The notes: generated by a model from the sequence alone, not told the origin. 62,286 nt of DNA, filler included, from Globobulimina sp. (GCA_003354225.1; 36 parts of 36 records of this genome joined end to end with filler, not necessarily neighbours in it); one strand, 5' to 3'; numbered from the whole stretch's first letter, positions 10,322 through 23,783 are shown. Numbers and translations: made by a program.

Positions 10322-12159
10322 GNNNNNNNNNNNNNNNNNNNNNNNNNNNNNNNNNNNNNNNNNNNNTTAATTAATTAANNNNNNNNNNNNNNNNNNNNNN
10401 NNNNNNNNNNNNNNNNNNNNNNCAATATATTAGCTATATATTAGCACTAATCATATATATTAGCTAATCATATGCGTATCTCTTATCGGGAACACTACTG
10501 TACTTTTGAAGATTGTTTAAATTAAATGTTTGCTTGGATTGCGTTGAATGGATCTCTTTTAAATTGATTAAATTGAATAATTAATTCAAAATTCACATAA
10601 TTAGAATGTAGTGTAAATTCAATTTATTTGACAAGTTATTCAAGAAAAAGAGCATCTCCTGATTATGATGAAATAATTAGAATGTAGCTGAGAGTTTTTT
10701 TTAGAAATTTATTAAGCCACATGTGAGAACAACTGATACTCAGAGGAAACCCTCTGACTTATTTTTGTTCCAAATTTGTTTCAAAATGTTATTTAAAGTT
10801 ATTATTGAAACAGTAGTTGGCAATATCGGCGAATTAATATCGGACCTCCAAATTCGCACAATTTCGAAGATGTCCCATACTAATCTCTAGAAAATGAACA
10901 TTTTCTACAGTCCACAAATAAATAGATATCGGTGACAATGTGGCCATCAATAATACAGTAAGTCCAAAGAGAATCAAATAAAGTTCAAATAGAGACAATG
11001 TGAAAGCATTCATTGGAGTTTGAAGACTTTAATTACTTGACGACGGTGTAGCGGATGAGAGAGTAACTGTTAAAGAAAAGAAGGAACAGTTGTAATAATT
11101 AAAGCTAAATTTAGCAAATCAATTACTAATTTATGTCGGCATACATGTATGAACGCAGCTGAGCTGGATTATTTAGAATAAAGCGCTTTGACACATGCTC
11201 GACCAATCAAAATCAATAGGATTCAAAACTAAAATCTATTAGTCAAAAAATGAAATATTATTTTGAAGAAATTCCTAAATCTGAGAACAGTTTTTAAAGT
11301 TTTTGAGTCAAAAGTTTTTTAGTAAACAATGAATGGCGTACCAATTTAGCAAATAAGAGTGAATACGGTCTCAAATCGCCAGAATCAATCAAGTGTTGTC
11401 TGTCCGGTCTCGCATTCAGAAAGTCAAACTATATCTTCTCATTTTACTCTTTAGCGCCGATATTTTCATGTCTACGCCCGATATTTTGAGTCTCATCTCT
11501 CCTTTACGATGTTTTGGAAATTGTGTCATTTTTCTGTGCCGTTTCTAATTTCTTTTTTGTGCCAATGCATGGACGACAGTGTTATCGATCGAGACTGGCG
11601 ATTTGACGGGTGATTGAGTTTTGAGTGTAAGTTTTGATTGTTGATAGATGTTCACTTTTTCTTGGTTTGTCTTGCATCATTTTATCCATTTATGCATTGC
11701 ACTGTAATTGTATTGATCTTTTTGCATTGCTATAGCAGTATGACAATCCTTTGGATGATATAGGTTACCAGAAGTTGGGAATGTGCGGCACATTTTTTGC
11801 GGAACAGAATTGTGGAGTTTTTGCTATGTTTTATGGAACAATCATTGAGGAAATGTGAACGTGATATGTAGTTAGTTTATGGAACAGGTTTTTGAATTGC
11901 GGAAACGCAAAGCGGATAATATATACAGCTCCGCAAAATGCTTTTTCGAGTTAGTTTGACGAAGAATATAAAATAAATTAAATAAAACATGTTTTGACAA
12001 CCAGTTGTGATTCGAATTTGGAAGTGATGATTCATCGACGCTGGAATAATCACTGTTTANNNNNNNNNNNNNNNNNNNNNNNNNNNNNNNNNNNNNNNNN
12101 NNNTTAATTAATTAANNNNNNNNNNNNNNNNNNNNNNNNNNNNNNNNNNNNNNNNNNNN

Positions 12160-12302
12160 TGTTTATAAACAAGTAATCTTTTATTCCACCTCCAGCTGAC
12201 TGGACCAATGCGCTTTGCTCGAGCAATGAACAATCTTTCTGCTTCACGTTGTCCTCCCAATGCAGTTTGCATAATGCATATCAGCAGCAATACACTCAAC
12301 AT
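12160..12302 (-). CDS. Secreted protein N-terminal fragment
   Basis: Signal-peptide-like start MLSVLLLICIMQTALG. Confidence 0.4.
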
Positions 12303-12815
12303 ATTGTTTTGTTGCAAAAAGTTACAGTATTGCGCAAATGATCAAATATGAGTCATTATGAGATGATTATGAGCAAAGAGGCATATTTTCATAATCAATG
12401 AGCACCGAATATATATTCTTTTTTACTTTCCTGAATGCTCTCTTAAATTGTTTATTGTTGGAGAATCAGGCTCTAATCTGGTGATGTTAGAAAGCCCTGG
12501 AACTGCTATCAAATTGGTTGGTTTGCGATGAAATTATTGAAATATTGTCATCCAAATTGATCCAATTGCATATCATATATTGTTTTAGATATTATGCATA
12601 TTAAAATTCTAGTATGTATATTCTAGATCTAGATCTAGATCATTATCATTGCAATTGACAATTGTTTCTTCAAAACAGCTCGAAAAAAAAACAAATCCAG
12701 CTACCCGTCTATGATGCACTTAACTTTGACGAAACAGAATATTGGATTTCAACTGTACAGCGAGTGAATCGATGTAATTTATAGAAATTTGTTTACATAT
12801 ATTACAATTTGACTT

Positions 12816-13796
12816 TTATGAATTATATGGGTCACCTTTGATTTCGCCAGAAACAGCACTCACTGTATATCTTTGACTTGTTCTCCCTCCACTCCATGTT
12901 TTAAAATTAAACGTATCACCAGCGGCAGCAGTAAGTTTCTGAACAGTCACATTTTGATATGTCAATGGCGTATTTGATTTACAAACAGATGGGTTATGAT
13001 CAGGTAAAATTATAAATGCCTCAGACGTTGCTGTTGGGCCTAACAATTTTCCAATGTGAGTTGCCATATCAATAACAATCGCTGTTCGTTCATTTATACC
13101 GATTCCACGAATATTTGCACCATTATGGTCCGTACGCAATGTACCAACAAAAGCAAACAATCTGCCAAATCTATCTCTTGTGACAAAATGTGTATCCACA
13201 ATAGAATCAAATAGCTCATTATCCATTTGTTGAACAAAATAATTGCTAAATGTTACATATTTATTATATGGATTTTGCAATGCTTCATCACTGTAAACCG
13301 AACCATTGCTTGCTGAATAAATATAATATGTTTGTATATCGCAGCCAGCAGAGGTGCCACCAACAGGTACGTTTCTGTTAGATATTGCATTTTGTACTGC
13401 TGTTTGCAATTTGCTATTTGCCCATAATTGAAGATATGCATTTTGATCACCTCCAGCAAAGAATATCGCCTCTATTTGGACCATATAAATTAATTATTCT
13501 ATAAATTAAGCAAAAGCAAAACAAAATTATACCTTACCTGCTCCATTTATTTTATTAATAACAAAATCATCGTTTGCACCGTTTTTATTTTTAATTAAAA
13601 TTGTTGCCACAGAATTTGCACAGCCTTAAGTATAAAATGCCAATAATATGATTACATTTTGTGTAAATCTACAATAAATAGAGACTTGTACCTAATCTAT
13701 AAATATATGAATTATAGGCATCTGTTCCAGATGAGCGCAATACTAAAAAATCACCACAAGATGACCAATTAATTTGTTGTTTAAATGCATCATCCA
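12816..13796 (-). CDS. cphB: Cyanophycinase (peptidase S51), two introns (13625-13691, 13472-13537), 5' partial
   Basis: GDFLVLRSSGTDAYN, EAIFFAGGDQ, VGGTSAG, VDTHFVTRDRFGRL, GIGINERTA. Removing the two GT-AG introns restores the frame. Confidence 0.88.
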
Positions 13797-13897
13797 NNNN
13801 NNNNNNNNNNNNNNNNNNNNNNNNNNNNNNNNNNNNNNNNTTAATTAATTAANNNNNNNNNNNNNNNNNNNNNNNNNNNNNNNNNNNNNNNNNNNNC

Positions 13898-15533
13898 TTA
13901 GAAACAACAAATAACTCATTGTTTATTCATGCAATAAATCCAAATTATGGTTTAATTGTTGGTGAATCGACATTATTTGTTGAAATCTCAAATTATACAA
14001 ACAATCATGGTGTAAATTGTTGGTTTGATGATAAAATGTACACTGCATTTATGTTGGACCAAAACAAAATAAATTGTTTAATACCGTATGAAATGCAAAA
14101 CAATTCAAATTCAAACATATTATCAATATCTGACGATGAATATTTTACGTGGAGCAATTTAAAGACAGTTTATTATTTTAAAAATGAATCAATAAATGAT
14201 TATAATCTGAACAAATCCTCGGTGACTATTGAGTCGATTAATATATTAAGTCAACAAAAGTATAATTATACGTTTTCTATACAGACACTAAATAATTATA
14301 GTTTTAATGATGCACAATCGGACATATTTGTATTTACTGATAACTCCATCCAATTTGTGAATGCATCAAGAATTAATTATAACTCATCGATTGGCCATGG
14401 AATGATAGCAATTCATCCATCACAGATTGTAAATAATAATAATATTTATAATAACATTAATTTTATTAATTCTGCAAATATAAATGCATCAAAATTATTA
14501 CAAGGCATTGACTCTCCATATATTCGAATTGATGGCAATTTTTCATCAATTTATAATTTACTTGATGTTGAATGCATTTTTGATGAAACTATTTCGATAA
14601 AAGCAAATGTGTCCAATAATCAGTCATTTGTAACCTGTGTAATACCATATAATGACACAAATTATCACTACGTAAAATTAGAGATGAATGACACAAATGT
14701 AATATTGCCCAATTCAGCCTTTTATAAAACCAAATTACCCGTTTTATTATCAATTGAACCAAATTTTGCTCCAATATCAGGAAACAGCACAATATCTGTT
14801 TATGGTGAACGCTTTTTAATGTTTGCAGATATTTTATGTTTATTCGATTCAAATTACACAACAAATCCATTGGTAGTATCCGATATTTTGATGAATTGTC
14901 CAATTACACCAAATTATCATTCAATCAAAAGCATTAATTTTGGTTTAAATAAAATTAACACAACGCTTAATTTTACATTTATTGCTGATACAAATTATTC
15001 AACACTTAATGCAACATCTGACTCAATGATAAATTTAATTGATATTTCACCAAAACAAATATCAAAACAAACATTAATCACTTTATACATAGACAATAGA
15101 AACAACATTTCATTGTTATCAATTAATTGCATTTTTAATGAAACATTATATGTTATTCCAACTTCCTATTCATCAGTAAACGGTACATTGCATTGTTATT
15201 CACCAAATATCTCCCTTCCACATATTATTAATGTAAATCTTATCGACTTAAATACAAATATTTCTACCAATAAATTGCAAATACAAAATATTAATTTACC
15301 AACAATTACATCAATTGTGTCCTCAATGTATCATTTTGATATTTACGGAGATAATTTTTATTCAGAAATATCGGCGACATCGTTACCACTCAAATGTTTG
15401 TTAAATATATATAATTTCACATTTTATCCAATTTCAATAAATGCCATCCTAATTTCGTCTGATCATATTCGATGTATTTTTTATTATTTTGACTTATATT
15501 TATTACCGTCAACAATCAATGTAACACTATATT
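13898..15533 (+). CDS. Asn-rich extracellular protein with repeated IPT/TIG-like domains, partial
   Basis: Repeats such as LLSIEPNFAPISGNSTISVYGERF..ILCLFD...LMNCPI, with many NxS/T sites. Confidence 0.7.
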
Positions 15534-15634
15534 NNNNNNNNNNNNNNNNNNNNNNNNNNNNNNNNNNNNNNNNNNNNTTAATTAATTAANNNNNNNNNNN
15601 NNNNNNNNNNNNNNNNNNNNNNNNNNNNNNNNNC

Positions 15635-17270
15635 ATCAATGAACCGCGAGATTATATCGTTTTGAATGCATTTTTAAAGATATGTCTACATTTTAAAAAT
15701 CCGGCAACAATATTACTAATTTGGAATGACATCGAAACATTATCATGGCCACAGAAATCAAAAGTGTTATTTCCATATTTAATAAAATGCTGCATAGAAT
15801 CCAAGGAAATTGATGTTTTGAAAAGTTTGGAGGTTTTGTTAACGATCAAAGAATGTGGTTATAAACTTAAAATACATCAATCGTGGATCACTAAATTGAT
15901 TATAAAATGTGATAGAAATTTATATGCATTAAATGAGATAAAAAGATTTATAGATGATACTGATACAAAAGATACGAATTTTGTGATTGCAAAGACAGTG
16001 TTAATAAATTCATATGCTCGATGTGGCGGAATTGATTATGCATTGAATGTATTTAATTCTATCAATGATAAAGATAAAGATTCACAAAGCATTTGCGCTA
16101 TGATTAAAGCGTACATTGTAAACTATTATAATGATGAAGCAATCGCATTGTATGAGAAATATGATGCTCTAAACGACCATGTCTCTCATCTGTATGCCAT
16201 CAAAGCCTGCATGAATAGTTGCAATATACAAAAAGGAAAAAAAATACATTGTAAATTGAACTTATTCAATGACAATTGCAATGATATTAAAATAAAATCT
16301 GCCTTGATTCAGTTTTATGCAAAAACTTGTGGTGACATTAACAATGCATTACAATTATATAAATCAACAAAAGATGATGACAAAAATATTGTGATGGCTA
16401 GTTGTATGATGGACGCATTTATTTACAACAATTTAAGTAAAAAAGCATTGAAATTGTATAATGATATTGCAAAATTAATAAAAAAAGATAACATTTGTCA
16501 CATTTTAGCTTTGCAAGCCTGCATAGAAATAAATGACTTTAAAAATGGTAAAATTGTGTGTCAAGAATGTATGCAAAATAAAACTAATATGGATGATATT
16601 CAATTAAAAGACAAAATGATTGCATTTTATTGTCATTTCAATGATATTTGCAATGCAATAAATATATTTAAATCAATTGATAACAATGAAAGACGCACGT
16701 CGACATTTTGTGCAATGATGAAAGGCCATTTAAATAATAATAATTATCTGGATGTAATAAGTTTATATAATGATATTTATAATGTATCGATTGGAAGATA
16801 TACAAATGATATCTCTCATATTTTGGTCTCAATTGCATATTCAAATAACAATGATTTGGACAAAGGATTTGAATATTTTAACAAAGTTAACTGTTTTATC
16901 AATTCACGTTCTTTAGATATTGATAAATGTATTGATATATTATCACTGTTTAAGTTGTATAATATATCTGCATTTAATTGTTGTTCATCATTTATTATTT
17001 CAGCGATTAGAAAATGTGCAACAAATATTTGTTTACTACGTAAAATACATGAACTGATTGATGACAATGTAACACCGCTTCCAATTGAAATGAATGACAA
17101 ATTAATGGTTCTAACAGCATTAATTAATGCATATGGTGAATGTGGCAATGTAAATGAAGCAGAAATTGTATTTAATTCAATTAATGACGATATAAAAGAT
17201 ACAGTCTCTATCGGTGCAATGATGAAACTATATAGAAATAACGGTAAACATCAAAAAGTATTACAAATAT
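15635..17270 (+). CDS. Pentatricopeptide repeat (PPR) protein, PLS-like, partial
   Basis: LINSYARCGGIDYALNVFNSI, LIQFYAKTCGDINNALQLY and LINAYGECGNVNEAEIVFNSI, each followed by an AM(I/M)KAY-type repeat. Confidence 0.88.
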
Positions 17271-17370
17271 NNNNNNNNNNNNNNNNNNNNNNNNNNNNNN
17301 NNNNNNNNNNNNNNTTAATTAATTAANNNNNNNNNNNNNNNNNNNNNNNNNNNNNNNNNNNNNNNNNNNN

Positions 17371-17895
17371 GTGCTATGCCGCCAATTAATTCGTGTCCCA
17401 CACTATGTAATCGTTGCAATTTATTTACTATGCCAAATCCACCTGGATTTAATTTCGATGCTTCGCGATAAAATATTTGAATATCCTCTTTTTTTACTGA
17501 TTTATCTTCATATGATATGCATATATAATATGTGTTGTGTTATGTAATGTGTCATATCATATCATACCTTGTTGAATAACCATAGCATTCACAGTTACAT
17601 ATCCTTGTGCAGTGGATGGCAAATTGGAGAATTTTAAGGCTTCGCCAGTACTGCCCCAGGCAGACAAAATTTTATTTGTTGATTCTTCAATTTTCTGTGT
17701 TGTTGCGCCTATAATATAATTTTCCTTACTTGAAAATAAACCAATTTTATGTAATACTAATATTAATACTATTGATATTAATCCAACTCCACTGAGAATC
17801 TTACATTGGTGGTTTCGCGCTTCTTTTGAATCTAAATACATTTGACTGCGTTGAGTCATATCTACGTTTCTATTTTTTTTAGAACGAGAAAACAT
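17371..17895 (-). CDS. Type II membrane protein N-terminus with intron, function unknown
   Basis: ATG at 17895, one TM helix, and a GTATGA donor at about 17567. Confidence 0.5.
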
Positions 17896-17988
17896 TCTCT
17901 ACTTTCAAGTTTCAACTTTTTTAGTGCAAGTTAGTAAGACACCATTAAACTAAAGTTTTCTGTACACTAAGAACCAAACAACATAATC

Positions 17989-19007
17989 ATGTCAGCCTCA
18001 GCTCAGGCTCTAGAGTCAGGGGTAGCAATTTTCACATTTACAATATTAATATTTTCCTGTCTTTTGGGCGTATTTATTGCAATTTATGCATTATGGCGAA
18101 TATTTTTCAAAAATGCAAAACAACTTAAAAATGTTGATTCAACCACAGTGAATACAGCGGCATCGTGCATAATATTGCACGCCGTCACGGTACTCTTAGA
18201 TCCCATCGGGTATTGGTTTTTTATGTCTGACGAAGAATCCGCAGCAAGTACAATCTGGTTAATATGGGATGTATTATGGACACTGTCCAAATTAAATCTA
18301 TATTTTGTTTACATCTATCGATGTTATGTCACTTTTAAACATACAAAATATGCCTATGCGCCTCGCAAAGTGTACATCCCATTAACAATTGCTTGGATAT
18401 TACAATTGTGCAATTTGACAATATTTTTGTTTCACGACTTGGACGATTCATCCTCGATCACCGATATTCATAATCCATTGTCAAATAACGGCCGCGTCAT
18501 TCTTGCTGCTTCGTTGTATTTGTTGTTAGATTTTATAATTGTTTTAGCGGTGGTTGGCTTATTCATATATCCTATAATCAGATTAATGTCTGATTTGCGG
18601 ACAAAATCTGAACAAATTATGACTATAAATGCCATTGAAAGCGAGCAATTGATGCCGCATCATACAAATGGTGACATTGCAATGCAAGTACAAAATGCAA
18701 ATGGAGGCGATTCCAGCTCATCGGAACCGGCAATGACACCACATTCGCCAACAAAAATGGGCGCTGCGTATTATAATAAATATAAAAAAAATAAAAATGT
18801 GCCGTTAACTCCGGGGAATGCGATAAAAAATACAGATTCGAACTCGCCACAAATGCAAGCACATAAATCAAATGATTCAAGCAGTATAAATACAATATTT
18901 AAAATGAAAAAGTTTGCTCGTTTGCCATGCCCAGAAGATGAGGAAAATGAAAAGGAAAAGGAATTGGAAAATTTCGCACCGATCATATGGAATGAGAAAC
19001 AAATGCA
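17989..19007 (+). CDS. GPCR-like multi-pass membrane protein (TM1-5 plus a long cytosolic loop), partial
   Basis: Five hydrophobic helices, YIYRCYVTFKHTKYA after TM3 and LFIYPI at the end of TM5. Confidence 0.6.
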
Positions 19008-19187
19008 NNNNNNNNNNNNNNNNNNNNNNNNNNNNNNNNNNNNNNNNNNNNTTAATTAATTAANNNNNNNNNNNNNNNNNNNNNNNNNNNNNNNNNNNNN
19101 NNNNNNNAATGTACGGAAATATGGCGGTCAATGGTTTATGGGAATACATCCATTTAGAAACCCAAATATTCTACAAATTAAAACTTC

Positions 19188-20689
19188 ATGGCAGCACTTA
19201 CTAAAAGACTTAACTCGATAAGAAATGGCTCTTTTTCTTTGTTCAAGCCAAAACATGATATATCATACAATTGGATCCAAGCAGAAGAAAAGAAAAAGAT
19301 CGTGATACTAGGCAGTGGCTGGGCAGGTTACTCCTTTGCAAAGAATATAAACCGAGATCTGTATAATGTAACCATGGTATCACCAAGAAACCATTTTTTA
19401 TTTACACCCTTATTAGCATCCACCACAACGGGAACATTAGAATTCCGCTGCGTGACAGAGCCAGTTCGCAATTTGAACAAATTATCCTATCACCAATCCC
19501 GATGTATGGCAATAAATGCAGCAGAAAACAGCGTATTATTACGGGATTCGTTCGATACTTCGAATCTATATAATATACCATATGATTATTTAATATATGC
19601 AATTGGTGCACGCACAAACGATTTCGGTATCGCTGGCGTACGGAAACATGCATTGTTTTTAAAACAAGTACGCGACGCTATGAAAATCAGAGAGAAAATA
19701 CAAGAATTATTTGAGCGATGCAGCAAACCAACGACGACACGCGAAGAGAGAGACAAGTTATTGTCAATGGTGATTGTTGGTGGCGGTCCGACTTCAATTG
19801 AATATGCAGCGGAATTATATGATTGGTTAATGGAAGATGGTGCTAAAATGTTTCCCGATTTAATAGACACGTGTAATATTACATTATTAGAAGCCTCTGA
19901 CGACATTTTATCCGGTTTTGGTGCTGATTTAGCTCAGTATACAATTTCGAAATTCCGCAAACGAAAAATCAAAGTACGTACTACGTACTCACATTTTTCA
20001 CAGACTAGCGCAGTAAGCTTGAGTTTTTGCAAATTAATTGCCATGTCTACCTTTCTAAATTGTGTAAGGTTTTAACAAATAGCAGAGTTGTTGCGGTAGA
20101 AAAGGATTATGTCGAATTAGCAGACGGATATAAAATCACTTACGGACTGGTATTATGGGCCACTGGCATTATGTCGCAACCGTTGACTGATTCATTGTCT
20201 TTTGTTGAAAAATCAAAGTCTGGGAATGGCAGAATTATCGTGGATGAGTACTTAAAATGTAATGATAATATTTATTGTGTAGGTGATTGTGCAGAAACGG
20301 AGAGTATTGGCGCATTGCCGCCCACTGCGCAAGTCGCCCACCAGCAAGGCAAGTATTTAGCAAAGACATTCAATTATTTCTTGACAAAGCCATATGATGG
20401 GTTTGATGAAATATATTGCAATTATAATAAAACATTTAAGTACACATATAAGGGCACCATGGCATACATTGGATCGTGGCGCGGTGTCATAAATCTGCCG
20501 CATCATAATGATAGAGATACTAATACGAGCGAAATTAAAAAAAGATTGACCAGATTGCAAGGGATAAGAGCTTGGTTGTTTTGGAGATCTGCTTATTTCA
20601 CCATGTTAACAAGTACAGTGAATAGAATATTGGTTCCCATGTATTGGTTCAAAGCATGGATATTTGGAAGAGATTTCTCACGGTTTTAA
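19188..20689 (+). CDS. Type II (alternative) NADH:ubiquinone oxidoreductase, intron 19974-20068
   Basis: VILGSGWAG, SPRNHFLFTPLL, IVGGGPTSIE, GDCA..LPPTAQVAHQQG, WRSAY, IFGRD. Basic N-terminal presequence. Confidence 0.93.
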
Positions 20690-20844
20690 TTAAAAAAAAA
20701 CACTTAATTTATTTAATTTGTCAATACTATATATATATATGTTGNNNNNNNNNNNNNNNNNNNNNNNNNNNNNNNNNNNNNNNNNNNNTTAATTAATTAA
20801 NNNNNNNNNNNNNNNNNNNNNNNNNNNNNNNNNNNNNNNNNNNN

Positions 20845-21307
20845 ATTTCAAAGCAATCCATTCATCTTTTATTGGAATAGAAATAAATTGTTCCCAAACA
20901 TGTGGATTAACTCTGTTACAAACGACATCACCATTCTCTTCATGACAGATATATTTTGAATGTATCCCTAAAATACAAAGTTCATATTTTTTTCTAGAAT
21001 CATAACTTAAAACTACAGATTTATTTACTGTATGTTGTGCATATTTTGCATTAACGACATAATAATTTTTCTCAATTTTCGCAATTTTATGAATTGGTGC
21101 TTTTTGCCCTTCAATTACAAATTCGCCGAAATATAAATCACATTCTGATAATTTTGGACTTTTTAATAGTGCACAAATGCTTTCATTGCCGTCAAGGTCA
21201 ATAAATAATATTTGTGGTCCATTTTCAACACGAACTACAACACCATCAATACTTCTATCTTTCTTTGATTCCGATTCAGGTGTGCCGCAACCCTCTGTTT
21301 GAGCCAT
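20845..21307 (-). CDS. Protein with a fascin/hisactophilin-like beta-trefoil repeat, partial
   Basis: GIHSKYICHEENGDVVCNRVNPHVWEQF...WIALK. Confidence 0.6.
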
Positions 21308-21611
21308 TAAAAAATCCGAGTACTAAAGAGTTTTTGTGAGAAAAAAACAGCAATCTTTTTATAAACAAATCATTTTTGTTGCAAGTCATAGTTCTGTTTT
21401 GTCTCTATTTCGTTTATCGGATTTTTGAAATAATGGACATTTAAACTTCTCCGATAATGGTTGTTTGTACATAATCATTTGCGATCCAGTTATTTCATCG
21501 CTACAAGTAAATGTTATCACTGCCTCATTATGTTTAATTATCATAAAAATAGATGTTCCTTCATGGCAATGTCTAGTGTCCATTGTGAGCCACGAACCCC
21601 AATCAATCCAA

Positions 21612-22115
21612 TCAACGATTAATAAATCCCCATTTAAATGATTTCTCAGTTTCTTTTATTAGCAATGCATTATTCTCAGAGTCTACAACGCGTTTTAAGA
21701 TATATTCGTTTTTAATTATTTCATCAGCAACAAATGATTGATACATAAATATTAATTTTAGAGCGGAACCATCAAATTTTAAGAAATATTTTGCATCAAC
21801 AAATTTGTGTCGATCACCAATAATTATTCCATTTGCTGTCTCCAATTTAATATTATGAAATACTGCGATGCCGATAGTAAATTCATCGAATCCATTGCGT
21901 GGTTTATAATCGGTTATGCTCAAATATAGTTTGTCTGCAACTGGACATAAATATGCACGCATCTGACGAAACATTAATGGCACTAAAACTGTCTGGAACT
22001 CCATTTCAAATTCATAAACTCCACCCAACACATCATACGTACTCAAGTCTTTAGCACCACTTAGCACCAAAGAAAAATGAATGAAAATAATTATTGGGAA
22101 GAATACAGACTCCAT
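21612..22115 (-). CDS. Hypothetical secreted protein
   Basis: Signal-peptide-like N-terminus, about 167 aa ORF. Confidence 0.5.
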   Translation of the reverse strand: MESVFFPIIIFIHFSLVLSGAKDLSTYDVLGGVYEFEMEFQTVLVPLMFRQMRAYLCPVADKLYLSITDYKPRNGFDEFTIGIAVFHNIKLETANGIIIGDRHKFVDAKYFLKFDGSALKLIFMYQSFVADEIIKNEYILKRVVDSENNALLIKETEKSFKWGFINR

Positions 22116-22192
22116 CTTTAAGAAAAAAAACATTTTGTTTGAGAAAACTATCTTAATTTAAATTAATTATTAATAGTCATTTCACATCAAAA

Positions 22193-22480
22193 TCAGTCTT
22201 TTTTTGTAACACATCCAATACCAAATTTCTTCATTTCTTCCTTTATTTCATGGTAACATTTTCCCATTTTATCTTCAATACAAATATATTTTGGTTTCAC
22301 ACATTCTAATCTTGTTAAATTACTATATGTCATGGCTCGAAGTAATGTATAAATATATTGATTTGCAGTCGGTTCACCATGTTGCAACCAACTATTTATT
22401 ATAACACCTTGTTTATTATAGATATTGACACTAAATATCCGTTTATTGTTATCAATTTGAGGGGTACGACTCCAGCATAT
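22193..22480 (-). CDS. Hypothetical protein C-terminus
   Basis: Frame open from the contig end to TGA at 22193. Confidence 0.4.
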   Translation of the reverse strand: MCWSRTPQIDNNKRIFSVNIYNKQGVIINSWLQHGEPTANQYIYTLLRAMTYSNLTRLECVKPKYICIEDKMGKCYHEIKEEMKKFGIGCVTKKD

Positions 22481-22581
22481 ANNNNNNNNNNNNNNNNNNN
22501 NNNNNNNNNNNNNNNNNNNNNNNNNTTAATTAATTAANNNNNNNNNNNNNNNNNNNNNNNNNNNNNNNNNNNNNNNNNNNN

Positions 22582-23719
22582 CACTGTGAAACATAATAAA
22601 TTGTAGAAAATGACTGAAATAATAAAAAAAATACATAATGAAACAAGGCACAACACAATTTAGATTGCTTTTTTTTAGAATAATCTCTTTTGGACAACAA
22701 TTGAAACACAAAAGAAAAACACCCACGCAGCGATATGAATAAATTCACTTTTTGAATCTCCAAAATTAAATGGTTGATTTCTTACAACTAAATATGAACC
22801 AAATGTAATGCTCATAGCAGCACCAAATGAGCCACAAATCCATGAAACCAATACAATGTACAAAAATATCTTAGCAAATAAGCGGAATTCAACCAATAAT
22901 TTACTCCAATGGGCATACTCTGATTTAAATAATGATTGAAATTTCTCATAAAAATGTTGATGGAATACATGGGATTGAAATACTACGTCATGGACTTTAC
23001 TATAAATAAATATGGTCATCATTACATTTCGAATAAATGTTGACCAAAATACCAAATAAATTGATGTTAAACAAACAAATATTGCTTGAAAAAATTCACG
23101 AAGAATTTCACCTTCACATTCTGCAATAACTAAACCTAAAAATTTACGAACAATTCTGTATACAATATATTATAAACGCGTTGATGTCAAAGTGTTGCCG
23201 GTTTAGTAATATTATAATGATATTTTTTCAACAAACCCAGATTTTGAAAGATACAAAGCAACGCCATCAGAATATGCTTGCTTTTCAATCCATTGCGCAA
23301 TTTCTTCCTTTAAACGTAATTTTCTATCTGTTCCGGTTATTAATTGTTTAAATTTTTGAGACCATTCTGTCATCGGAGTCCATGCGAAGAACTTTTTTGT
23401 TTTTTTTATAGTGAATGATGTGCTGACTCTGACTGATGATGTTTTGTGCTGTACAGTGCTTAACTTTTATTGCAGGAAAAGCCGTAAATAATGTGAAAAA
23501 AAATGAGAAATATCCACCATAAAGTGCTAAAATTGTAGCAAATACTAATTCGAGTGATTTTGTTGTGGATGACGGCAACGAATTAAATGACTCGTGATGA
23601 TGTGCTACAAATGAACGAACTTTAATGTAAAATAAATAACTTGATTCAAACTTTGCATCAATATAATCTGCCAATTTACCACATACATCAATGCAACAAG
23701 AGCCTGTTAAGGAACACAT
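22582..23719 (-). CDS. Multi-exon multi-pass membrane protein, function unknown
   Basis: Exons join via GT-AG introns: ...FPAIK|FFAWTP...LSKSG|IVRKFLG...FWSTF. Confidence 0.55.
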
Positions 23720-23783
23720 GTTAAGGTTTAAGTTTTTTTTTCCTAAGTTTAATTAAAACTGTTTTTAAAACTGTTTTTAAATA

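Noticed and set aside
9141-11345. Genome-wide stop-codon reassignment
   Set aside because: All long conserved genes in the window translate cleanly with the standard code and end in TAA or TGA, so the in-frame stops are isolated.
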